Source: Actinomycetes bacterium
GTDB taxonomy: Bacteria > Actinomycetota > Acidimicrobiia > Acidimicrobiales > RAAP-2
Length of the DNA: 64,000 nt
Assembly (NCBI GenBank): GCA_021791635.1
Contig: JAJYWF010000002.1
Coordinates: forward strand, 4,392 to 68,391
Direction: 5' to 3'
Part shown: piece after piece, positions 54,337 to 62,879 of the stretch
How the letters are laid out: each line of letters begins with the position of its first letter
How positions within the stretch are numbered: position 1 is the stretch's first letter
Made by a program: the position numbers and the translations under genes
The notes under the pieces: model-generated
What the model was told of the DNA's origin: nothing
The model's database searches: none
What the model saw: only the letters and a program-made list of their open reading frames with translations

Positions 54337-54356
54337 AGATCAGGTCGGGTCGCGGG

Positions 54357-54938
54357 TCAGCGACCGTGCACGAACTGCATCGCCTCGGCCCGGGTGGCGG
54401 CGTCGGAGCGGAACAAGCCGCGGACCGACGAGGTGACCGTCAAGGTGCCCGGCTTCTTCACCCCGCGCATCGACATGCACAAGTGCTCGGCCTCGACTAC
54501 CACCAGGACACCGCGGGGGGCCAACACCCGCTCGACCGCCTCGGCGATCTGGGTGGTCATCCGTTCTTGGACCTGGAGCCGTCGGGCGTACCCGTCGACC
54601 AGGCGGGCCAGCTTCGACAGCCCGGTGATCCGTCCGTCGACGCCGGGGATGTAGGCGACGTGGGCCCGACCGATGAAGGGAACGAGGTGGTGCTCGCACA
54701 GCGAGGCGAAGGGGATGTCCCGGACCATCACCATCTCGTCGTGGTCCGCGGCGAACGTCACGGTGAGATGCCGGGCCGGATCGTCGGCCATGCCGGCGAA
54801 GAGCTCCTCGTACATCGCCGCCACCCGCGTGGGGGTGTCGGTGAGCCCGTCGCGGTCCGGGTCCTCGCCGATAGCGGCCAGGATCTCGGTCACCGCACGC
54901 CGGACCCGCTCGGCGTCCACTTTCCCCGCCGGGCTCAC
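54357..54938 (-). CDS. folE: GTP cyclohydrolase I
   Basis: [10 protein letters not shown] and [12 protein letters not shown] overlaps the hpt stop. Confidence 0.93.
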   Translation of the reverse strand: MSPAGKVDAERVRRAVTEILAAIGEDPDRDGLTDTPTRVAAMYEELFAGMADDPARHLTVTFAADHDEMVMVRDIPFASLCEHHLVPFIGRAHVAYIPGVDGRITGLSKLARLVDGYARRLQVQERMTTQIAEAVERVLAPRGVLVVVEAEHLCMSMRGVKKPGTLTVTSSVRGLFRSDAATRAEAMQFVHGR

Positions 54939-56449
54939 GAACCGTCGCCGAGGTAGCGGTGGACGCCGGCCAGGTTCCGGTAGCGCTCGGCCACGTCGAG
55001 CCCGTACCCGACGACGAACTCCGATGGGATGACGAAGCCGACGTAGCGCAGGTCGAGCTCGACCCGCTGCTCACCTTCTTTGACCAAGAGCGCGCACACG
55101 TCCACCGAGGACGGCCGGCGAGCTTGGAGGTACTTGCGCAGGTAGTTCAACGTGAGACCGCTGTCGATGATGTCCTCGACCACGAGGACCCGTCGGCCGG
55201 TCAGCTCGGCGTCGAGGTCCTTCACGATGCGGACCACCCCGGAGGTCCGGGTGGCACTGCCGTAGGAGGACACGGCCATGAAGTCCACGTCGACCGGGAG
55301 CTCGATCGCCCGGCAGAGGTCGCTCATGAACGTCATGGCCCCCTTGAGCACGCCCACCAGGAGCGGCGGGTCACCGGCGTAGTCGGCGGTGATGGACGCC
55401 CCCATCTCGGCAACCCGGGCAGCAATGGCCTCGGCACTCACCACCACCGGGCCCACCGCCGGCATCGCCCACTCGGGCGCCACCCTGGCCATCTCCTCGG
55501 TCGGCACGCCGCCGACCTTACCGGACACCGGTGGGACCAGCTCCAGGCGACCGCCGCGCCGGCGGACCCGGCGCCCTCCGGTCACTTCGGTGGCCACCGC
55601 CGACCCCGAGGCCACGTCCAGCACCCGGTCCACGTCGGCCAGGCTCGGTGGGTACCGGTCCTCGGGACCGGCCGTTCCACCGATCGAAGGTGCCCCCACA
55701 GCCTGGCGCAGCCACCGGCGGACAGCCCGGCGGGCCAGGGGGCGGGCCACGCCGGCCAGTGAGCGGGCGTCGGTCGGGTCCGGGACGGCGTCGGAGGCCA
55801 GAAGGTCGAGGAGGACCGCCTCGGCCCCCACGACGTCGGCGTGGCGTGCCAGCAGGGGTACCGGGTCACGCCGGGCCATCTCCGCACACAGGGGGAGCAG
55901 CTCGTGACGGATCCGGTTGCGAAGGTGGCGGCGATCCTCGTTGGACCGGTCCTCCACCCAGGTGAGGCCCATGGCCCGGCACACGGCCCGGGTGTCGGCC
56001 CGGCGGACTTCGAGAAGCGGGTGGGTCGGTCCGGGACGCATCGCCGCCAAACCGTCGAGCCCGGCACCACGCAGCAGGTTCACCAGGACCGTCTCGGCCT
56101 GGTCGTCCATCGTGTGCCCGGTGGCCGTCCCGCCCGGGAGCACGGCGAAGCGCGCTGCCCGGGCCCGGGCCTCCAGGTTCGGTCCATCTTCCAGCACCAC
56201 CCGCTCGGTGCGGAACGCCGCTCCGAGCCGAACAGCGGCCGCGGCGACGACCTCCGCCTCCTCGGCCGAGCCGGGCCGCAACCCGTGATCGACGTGGATC
56301 GCCGTCACCTGGCAACCCGAAGCCACCGCCAAGACCAGCAGGGCCAGCGAGTCGGCGCCGCCGGACACCGCGCACGGGAGCGGGCTCCCCGGCGGCGGGA
56401 AGGTGGATCGCCTGAGAGCGGCGGTGACCTCCGCCGGCCAGCCGCTCAC
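54935..56449 (-). CDS. tilS-hpt: In-frame fusion: tRNA(Ile)-lysidine synthase (N) + hypoxanthine phosphoribosyltransferase (C)
   Basis: PP-loop SGGADSLAL in the N-terminal half and PRPP motif [14 protein letters not shown] in the C-terminal half. No stop codon lies between them. GTG at 56449 overlaps the upstream stop. Confidence 0.8.
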   Translation of the reverse strand: MSGWPAEVTAALRRSTFPPPGSPLPCAVSGGADSLALLVLAVASGCQVTAIHVDHGLRPGSAEEAEVVAAAAVRLGAAFRTERVVLEDGPNLEARARAARFAVLPGGTATGHTMDDQAETVLVNLLRGAGLDGLAAMRPGPTHPLLEVRRADTRAVCRAMGLTWVEDRSNEDRRHLRNRIRHELLPLCAEMARRDPVPLLARHADVVGAEAVLLDLLASDAVPDPTDARSLAGVARPLARRAVRRWLRQAVGAPSIGGTAGPEDRYPPSLADVDRVLDVASGSAVATEVTGGRRVRRRGGRLELVPPVSGKVGGVPTEEMARVAPEWAMPAVGPVVVSAEAIAARVAEMGASITADYAGDPPLLVGVLKGAMTFMSDLCRAIELPVDVDFMAVSSYGSATRTSGVVRIVKDLDAELTGRRVLVVEDIIDSGLTLNYLRKYLQARRPSSVDVCALLVKEGEQRVELDLRYVGFVIPSEFVVGYGLDVAERYRNLAGVHRYLGDGS

Positions 56450-57594
56450 CCCGAGGGCGGCAGGGCCCCCACCCGGGCGATCCACTCGGCCGGAGCGCGG
56501 ATCTCGGCCAGCGACGGAAGCCACTCGGGACCTCGCCACACCCGGTTGAACAGGTCGGGACCGCCGGCCTTCTCCACCTCCTGGATGAAGCCCTCGCCTT
56601 CGGCGTACTGGCGCAGCTTGGCTTCGATCCCCAGCAACTGCTGGAGGAGCCGGGCCGGGCCACGCACCTGCTGGCGGCGCTCCCGCAGCACCCGGCTGAA
56701 GCGGGCCGCTCCGGGAACGAGCGCGGCCCCGGCCCGGTCCATGGTCACGTCTCCGTGCCCCTCCAGGAGGCTCATCAGGGCCTGGACCTTCTCGAAGGCG
56801 TCGAGCTGCTCAGGGGTGGCAACGAGACCCAGCATTCCCGATTGCTCCATCGGGTTCCGGCCGGCCCGGATCTCCTCGACCACCCGACGGAGCACTTCGG
56901 CCATCCGGTTGGGGTCGTTCACCATGGGTTCGAGGCCCCGGTCCACCAGGGACAAGAAGTAGCCGCGCAGCCACGGCACCGCGGTGAACTGAGCGCGGTG
57001 GGTGACCTCGTGGAGAGCCAGCCACAGGCGGAACGGGTGAGGAGCGAAGCCGAATCTGGCCTCCATGGCTACGACGTTGGGTCCGACGAAGTAGACGATG
57101 TCCTGATCGTCGGTCGGCTCGTCGGTGATGAGGAGGTCGTACTGACCCAGGACCCTGGTCGACAGCCACGCCAGGATCAAGCCGACCTGGGCCCCGTTCA
57201 CGGTGCGACCGGCACCGGACACTGGTCGGGTCACCCAACCCGGAAGGCGGCCCATGGCCGACGACCCGTCCTCGGCGCGCTCGTGACGCCGCTCCTCCAG
57301 CGCACACAGGGTGGGGCCCAGCAGCCGCTGCATGGAGGCCACGTTGGCCTGGACCCATCCGGCACGGTCCGTCACCCGGGCACGGGCCGGCGTCGGTGAC
57401 CTCAGTCCGGTGCTCTCGGCGACCAGCTCCTCGGCCTGGGCGGTCATGGTCTCGAAGTCCGCCTGCACCGAAGCAGGCCGGTACGCCGGAGGCAGCCGTC
57501 GCCGAGCCAGGGCCCACTCGGCCACCCTCTGCGCGGCCATCCAGTCCACGGCGCCGCCCGCCTCGGGAGGCAGGGCGCGAGGTGACGTGGTCAC
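56446..57594 (-). CDS. Zinc-dependent metalloprotease (HExxH; DUF2342-like)
   Basis: LALHEVTHRAQF. GTG at 57594 overlaps the rsrA stop. Confidence 0.75.
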   Translation of the reverse strand: MTTSPRALPPEAGGAVDWMAAQRVAEWALARRRLPPAYRPASVQADFETMTAQAEELVAESTGLRSPTPARARVTDRAGWVQANVASMQRLLGPTLCALEERRHERAEDGSSAMGRLPGWVTRPVSGAGRTVNGAQVGLILAWLSTRVLGQYDLLITDEPTDDQDIVYFVGPNVVAMEARFGFAPHPFRLWLALHEVTHRAQFTAVPWLRGYFLSLVDRGLEPMVNDPNRMAEVLRRVVEEIRAGRNPMEQSGMLGLVATPEQLDAFEKVQALMSLLEGHGDVTMDRAGAALVPGAARFSRVLRERRQQVRGPARLLQQLLGIEAKLRQYAEGEGFIQEVEKAGGPDLFNRVWRGPEWLPSLAEIRAPAEWIARVGALPPSG

Positions 57595-57908
57595 GAACCG
57601 CCGGGGTCGGAGACCCCCGGGCCGGTGCCGGCCCCACGCTCGGCCTCGAGATGAAGAGCCTCGGCGATTCGGGCCTTCAAGCTCTCGGGCACCCGGTCCC
57701 GGCAGCAGTTGGCGATGACCACTCTCAGCTCCTGCTCGAACCCGGCGGCGTCGGCACACGAGCCGCACAGGTCGAGGTGGTAGGAGATGGCCTTCCGGCG
57801 CTCCTCGGTCAGCTCACCGTCGAGGTAGTGGTAGAGCTGGTGCACGGCCTCCACGCAGTCGACGTCCGGCGGGCCGGTCTCCTTTTTTGTTCCCACTTCT
57901 TCCTTCAT
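57591..57908 (-). CDS. rsrA: Zinc-associated anti-sigma factor (RsrA/RshA type)
   Basis: ZAS motif HLDLCGSC (HxxxCxxC) plus upstream Cys residues, 105 aa. Immediately downstream of the ECF sigma gene. Confidence 0.85.
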   Translation of the reverse strand: MKEEVGTKKETGPPDVDCVEAVHQLYHYLDGELTEERRKAISYHLDLCGSCADAAGFEQELRVVIANCCRDRVPESLKARIAEALHLEAERGAGTGPGVSDPGGS

Positions 57909-57942
57909 CGCTCCGGCCCCCCTCTGCCCCTGCGCGCCCACG

Positions 57943-58524
57943 TCACTCGGCGGCGCTCGGACTCGTTCCCACGAGGCCGCGTGCTTCGGCGAATTCGTGC
58001 AACGCCTTCTGCAGCGCCCTTCTTCCCCGATGGATCCTGCTCATCACCGTGCCGATGGGAACGTCGGTGATGTCGGCGATCTCCTTGTAGCTGAATCCCT
58101 CGACGTCGGCCAGCAGCACGGCGATGCGGAAAGCATCGGGCAGGGACTCGAGCGCCGCCTTCACGTCGTCGTCGGTGAACCTCTCCAGGGCCAGGTCCTC
58201 GGCGCTGCGCCCCGGGTCGCCCCCCCCGGTGGAGGCCAGCCGGCGGTAGAGGTAGAGGTCCTCGACATCCTCCACGTCGGCGATCTCGGGTCGCCGCTTG
58301 GCCGCCCGGTAGGTGTTGATGTAGGTGTTCGTCAAGATCCGGTACAGCCAGGCCTTCAGGTTCGTGCCCTCGGTGAACCCGGCGAACGCCCGGTAGGCCT
58401 TGAGGTAGGTCTCTTGAACCAGGTCCTCGGCGTCCGACGGGTTCCGGGTCATGCGGAGGGCGGCGCTGTAGAGCGCCGGCATGTACTCCATCGCCAGCTC
58501 GGTGAACCGAGCCTGGTCTGCCAT
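57943..58524 (-). CDS. sigH: ECF sigma factor, SigH/SigR group
   Basis: Region 2 [17 protein letters not shown] and region 4 [25 protein letters not shown]. Confidence 0.9.
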   Translation of the reverse strand: MADQARFTELAMEYMPALYSAALRMTRNPSDAEDLVQETYLKAYRAFAGFTEGTNLKAWLYRILTNTYINTYRAAKRRPEIADVEDVEDLYLYRRLASTGGGDPGRSAEDLALERFTDDDVKAALESLPDAFRIAVLLADVEGFSYKEIADITDVPIGTVMSRIHRGRRALQKALHEFAEARGLVGTSPSAAE

Positions 58525-58603
58525 ATCCAGACCCTAGCGCCCGGGGCTCCCGCGCTAGCTTGGCCAGGAGGGCTCACCGGCTCGAGGACCCCGGTGACGG
58601 ACC

Positions 58604-59812
58604 ATGGGAGACCCGATGACCCGACCGCCCGCCGAGCTGGGCATCGATCTGATGAGCGGAGCGTTCTTCGGGGGTGACCCGTACCCGGCGTTCGACTGGA
58701 TGCGCCGGCACGAGCCCGTGTTCCTGGACGAAGCCAACGGCCTGTGGGCGTTGGCCGCATACCGTGACGTGAAGTCGGCATCCACCGATACCGCCACCTT
58801 CTCCAACGCCGGGGGTGTCCGGCCCCGGTTCCCGCCCCTGCCCATGATGATCGACTTCGACGCCCCCGAGCACGTCCGGCGGCGCCGGCTGGTCAGCTCC
58901 GGATTCACGCCCGCTCGGGTCCGGGCCATGGAGGACCACGTGCGGCGCATCTGCGACGACGTCATCGACCGGGTGTGCGAGCTCGGCTCCTGCGACTTCG
59001 TGACCGACATCGCCGCTCCCCTCCCGCTGGCCGTGATCGGCGACATGCTGGGCGTCGACCCCGACGACCGGGCCGACCTGCTCCGCTGGTCCGAGGACAT
59101 GCTCCGGTCCCAGGGTGTGATGACCGACGAGGCCGTCACCGGCGCCATGCGAGCCTTCGCCGAGTACACCGAGTACATGGAACCGGTGCTGGAGGCACGG
59201 CGCCGTACCGGGTCCAGCGACGACCTGGTCGGCATCCTCGTGCACGCCGAGATCGACGGGGACCGGCTCGACCGCGACTCGCTGATCCACGAGACGCTCC
59301 TCATCCTCGTGGGCGGGGACGAGACCACCAGGCATGTGATGAGTGGTGGGATGGAGGTCCTCCTCGGTCACCGTGACCAGCTGGAGCGACTTCGCCGGGA
59401 CCGGACGCTCCTGGCCGGCGCGGTGGAAGAGATGCTCCGTTGGGTCTCGCCGATCAAGAACATGGTCCGCACCGTGACCACCGACACCCGGATCGGGGAT
59501 CGCGAGCTCAAGGCCGGCGACGAGGTCCTGCTCCTCTACCCCTCGGCCAACCGCGACGCCGACGTCTTCGACGAGCCGGACCGCTTCGACATCACGAGGA
59601 GCCCCAATCCCCACCTGGCCTTCGGCTTCGGGGCCCACTTCTGCCTGGGCAACCAGCTGGCCCGCCTCGAGCTCCGGGTCATGCTGGACCGCCTCCTCAC
59701 CCGCCTCCCAGACCTGGACCTGGCCGGGCCCGGCCCGTTCCCCCGGCGGCAGGCCAACTTCATCACCGGGATCGAGTCCATGCCCGTCACGTTCACCCCG
59801 ACGTCCCCGTGA
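58604..59812 (+). CDS. Cytochrome P450
   Basis: Heme-thiolate loop FGFGAHFCLG and ETTRH (I-helix-like). An alternative ATG at 58616 has a better SD (GGGAGA). Confidence 0.9.
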   Translation: MGDPMTRPPAELGIDLMSGAFFGGDPYPAFDWMRRHEPVFLDEANGLWALAAYRDVKSASTDTATFSNAGGVRPRFPPLPMMIDFDAPEHVRRRRLVSSGFTPARVRAMEDHVRRICDDVIDRVCELGSCDFVTDIAAPLPLAVIGDMLGVDPDDRADLLRWSEDMLRSQGVMTDEAVTGAMRAFAEYTEYMEPVLEARRRTGSSDDLVGILVHAEIDGDRLDRDSLIHETLLILVGGDETTRHVMSGGMEVLLGHRDQLERLRRDRTLLAGAVEEMLRWVSPIKNMVRTVTTDTRIGDRELKAGDEVLLLYPSANRDADVFDEPDRFDITRSPNPHLAFGFGAHFCLGNQLARLELRVMLDRLLTRLPDLDLAGPGPFPRRQANFITGIESMPVTFTPTSP

Positions 59813-60645
59813 GCGGAGGGTTGGAGACAACGACCGCCCTGGTCACCGGCGGTGGGAGCGGCATCGGACTGGCTACCGCCGCCCGCCTGGCCGCCGACGG
59901 GGCGGCGGTCACCATCTGCGGCCGCACCGAGAGCAAGCTGGCCGGGGCACTGCCCACCATCGACGCCGCCGCCCGGACGGCCCGTGGAACGGGTTCGGGA
60001 GCCGCCGCCCCTGCGCCCTCCACCTACGTCGTCGCCGACGTGACCGTCGAAGAGCAGATCGCCGCTGCCGTGGCGGCTGCCGCCGGCGACCGGGGACTGG
60101 ACATCCTCTTCGCCTGCGCCGGGGGTGCCCACCACATGGGGCCGCTCGCCGACGCCGACGCCGGGGCCGTTCGGGCCACCGTCGAGCTCAACCTCATGGG
60201 CTCGTTCCTGTCGGTGAAGCACGCCGCTGCCGCCATGCGCACCACCGGTGGCGGGTCGATGGTCCTCATGTCCTCGGGAGCCGGTCACTTCCCGCACCGC
60301 TGGCTGTGGGCCTACGGGATGGCGAAAGCCGGCATCGAGGCGCTGTGCGCGTCGGCGGCCGAGGAGCTCGGTGGGGACGGCATCCGGGTCAACGCCGTGC
60401 AGCCGGGCATCGTCGACGACGAGCTCATGGCCCCGATCACCGCCGGAGGCGCGCTCCTCGACGACTACCTCGACCAGATGCCGGTGCGCCGGCTGGGAAC
60501 CGTCGACGACGTGGCCGCGGCGGTCCGGTTCCTGGCCGGACCCGAAGCCGGGTGGATCACCGGAGTGTGCCTGGCCGTCGACGGGGGACACCACCTCAGG
60601 CGCGGGGCGGACTACTCCCTCCTGTTCGCTCCTTCGGGACCCTGA
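59809..60645 (+). CDS. SDR-family oxidoreductase
   Basis: TGGGSGIG and YGMAKAG (YxxxK). GTG overlaps the P450 stop. Confidence 0.85.
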   Translation: MSGGLETTTALVTGGGSGIGLATAARLAADGAAVTICGRTESKLAGALPTIDAAARTARGTGSGAAAPAPSTYVVADVTVEEQIAAAVAAAAGDRGLDILFACAGGAHHMGPLADADAGAVRATVELNLMGSFLSVKHAAAAMRTTGGGSMVLMSSGAGHFPHRWLWAYGMAKAGIEALCASAAEELGGDGIRVNAVQPGIVDDELMAPITAGGALLDDYLDQMPVRRLGTVDDVAAAVRFLAGPEAGWITGVCLAVDGGHHLRRGADYSLLFAPSGP

Positions 60646-61473
60646 GTGGTGCCGGACGCTCCCGCCGCGGCGGAGCACGAGGTGAGGAGCTTGGCCGGCG
60701 TCGGCGTCGTGGTGTGGCCGGCGCTGGAGGATCTCGGCGTGGACGTGGTCGTCACCACCCGCCAGGGCGGGGTCTCGACGGGTCCCTACCGGTCGCTCAA
60801 CCTCGGTCTCGGCGTGGGCGACGACCCCGGGGCAGTGCTGGAGAACCGGCGGCGGGCGGCGGGCGCGCTCGGGGCGTCGCTCCATGACCTGGTGGTCGGC
60901 GCGCAGGTCCACGGTCGGACGGCCACGATCGTGGGGTCCGAGGACCGGGGCCGGGGCGCGGCCGAAGGCGCCGCGGCCGTACCCGACACCGACGCCCTGG
61001 TCACCCGGTCCCGCGATCTGGTCCTCGTGACGTTGGTCGCCGACTGCGTCCCGATCGTCCTGGTGGACCCCGAGGCCGGGGTGCTCGCCACGGTCCACGC
61101 CGGGTGGAGAGGTACCGCCGGGCGGGTGGTGGATGCGGCCGTCGCCGCCATGTCCACGCTCGGAGCACGACCGGAGCGGATGGTCGCCGGGATCGGTCCG
61201 GCGGTCTCGCGGGACACCTACGAGGTGGACCACGACGTCGCCGAGGCGGTACGGGCCGGGACCGGCGACGACCTGACCGCGACTCCGGCGGGGGAGGGGC
61301 GCTGGCTCGTGGACCTGCCCGGAGCGAACCGGCGGCTCTTGGAGGCAGCCGGCGTGCCGTCGTCGTCGGTCTGGGTGATGGGGCTCACCACCGGAGTCCG
61401 GGGCCCGTTCTACAGCCACCGGGCCGAGCGCCCCTGCGGGAGGTTCGGCCTCCTGGCCCGGCTCCGGCCGTGA
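60646..61473 (+). CDS. pgeF: Peptidoglycan editing factor PgeF (YfiH/DUF152, laccase-domain protein)
   Basis: VHAGWRGTAG, ADCVPI and FYSHRAE. Confidence 0.85.
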   Translation: MVPDAPAAAEHEVRSLAGVGVVVWPALEDLGVDVVVTTRQGGVSTGPYRSLNLGLGVGDDPGAVLENRRRAAGALGASLHDLVVGAQVHGRTATIVGSEDRGRGAAEGAAAVPDTDALVTRSRDLVLVTLVADCVPIVLVDPEAGVLATVHAGWRGTAGRVVDAAVAAMSTLGARPERMVAGIGPAVSRDTYEVDHDVAEAVRAGTGDDLTATPAGEGRWLVDLPGANRRLLEAAGVPSSSVWVMGLTTGVRGPFYSHRAERPCGRFGLLARLRP

Positions 61474-61544
61474 CCCGGGCCTCGTAGCATGGTGCCATCC
61501 CGCCAGGTCGCCGACCTCCGGTGGCCGGGGACGGAGAGGACCCG

Positions 61545-62879
61545 ATGAGCCCTACGCCGGATGCGGCCGATCGATTCGTCTACGACCGCTACACGCTGGA
61601 TCCCGACGCCGGTCAGCTCACGTGCCACTACCGGATGGGCAAGCGTCCCTTCGCCGAGCGGTTCACTTTCGGCCCGGCCGGTGACTGGGGATCGCCCGCC
61701 CTCGACGCCGCGGCGCGAACCGTCTTCCTCCTGGCCGGCGTCTCCTACTTCAAGACGAAGGCGCCTCGGGTGGTCGATCTCGGGGACCTCGCCACCACGG
61801 TCGCCGAGCGCCGGTTCCTGCGCCGGTTCTACGTCGAAGGCCTGGCCGAGTTCGCCTATCGGAACCATCTGGACCTCTCGGGCTTGGAGGTACACGGCCC
61901 GAGCCTCGACCGTCGGGAACCTGTGAGCTACCGCGGTGAGCCGGGACGACCGATAGTCCCCTTCGGCGGGGGCATCGACTCCATCGTCACCGCCGAGCTC
62001 GTCCGCCGTCGGCATCCCGGGGCGCGCCTGTGCATCGTCGACCGTCCCGACGATCGTTTCGAGGCCATCGAGCGGCCGGCCGCAGTCACCGGGCTCCCGG
62101 TGTCGCGGGTGGAGCGGGCGGTGGACCCGGCGGTGATCCGGTCCGCCGAGCTGGGGTTCCTGAACGGGCACGTGCCGGTGACCGGGATCATCTCGGCCGT
62201 GGCCGTGGTGGCCGCCGTGCTCGGTGGGCATGACTCGGTGGTGATGTCCAACGAATGGTCGGCCTCGATCGGGAACCTGGTCGTCGACGGCCACACGGTG
62301 AACCACCAGTGGTCCAAGGGCTTCGACTTCGAGAAGGAGCTCCGTGGGCACCTGGCCGCCACGCTCCAGCCGGGGGTCGACTACTACTCCCTGTTGCGCC
62401 CGTACTCGGAGCTGTGGGTGGCCAGGAGGTTCGCGGCCCTGGGGACGTACCACCGGGTCTTTCGGAGCTGTAACCGGGCGTTCCACATCGACCGCGGCCG
62501 CCGCCTCGACCACTGGTGCGGCACTTGCGACAAGTGCTGCTTCACCGACCTCGTCCTGGCACCGTTCCTCTCGACCGCCGAACTGTCCGACATCTTCGAC
62601 GGGCACGAGCCGCTGGCCAACGAGGACCTGGACAACCGCTTCCGGGCACTGCTCGGGCTCCGGCTCGAGACCAAGCCCTTCGAGTGCGTCGGAGACGTCG
62701 AAGAGTGCCGGGCCGCGCTCTCGCTGGCTGCGGCACGGCCCGACCGGCTCGATACCCCCCTACTCCACAAGCTCGTCGCCGAAGTCGGACCGGACGTCGC
62801 CGACCCGGCACCGCTGTTCGGGCTCATGGGCGAGCACTTCATCCCCGATGCCGACACCCCCCAAGATCAGCTGGTCTGA
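61545..62879 (+). CDS. PP-loop-like protein; candidate UDP-MurNAc-L-Ala-L-Glu epimerase (MurL-like)
   Basis: PFGGGIDSIV (degenerate SGGxDS) and C-terminal CGTCDKCC. ATG at 61545 is preceded by GGAGAGGA. It is immediately upstream of, and overlaps, a MurD-like ligase. Confidence 0.6.
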   Translation: MSPTPDAADRFVYDRYTLDPDAGQLTCHYRMGKRPFAERFTFGPAGDWGSPALDAAARTVFLLAGVSYFKTKAPRVVDLGDLATTVAERRFLRRFYVEGLAEFAYRNHLDLSGLEVHGPSLDRREPVSYRGEPGRPIVPFGGGIDSIVTAELVRRRHPGARLCIVDRPDDRFEAIERPAAVTGLPVSRVERAVDPAVIRSAELGFLNGHVPVTGIISAVAVVAAVLGGHDSVVMSNEWSASIGNLVVDGHTVNHQWSKGFDFEKELRGHLAATLQPGVDYYSLLRPYSELWVARRFAALGTYHRVFRSCNRAFHIDRGRRLDHWCGTCDKCCFTDLVLAPFLSTAELSDIFDGHEPLANEDLDNRFRALLGLRLETKPFECVGDVEECRAALSLAAARPDRLDTPLLHKLVAEVGPDVADPAPLFGLMGEHFIPDADTPQDQLV

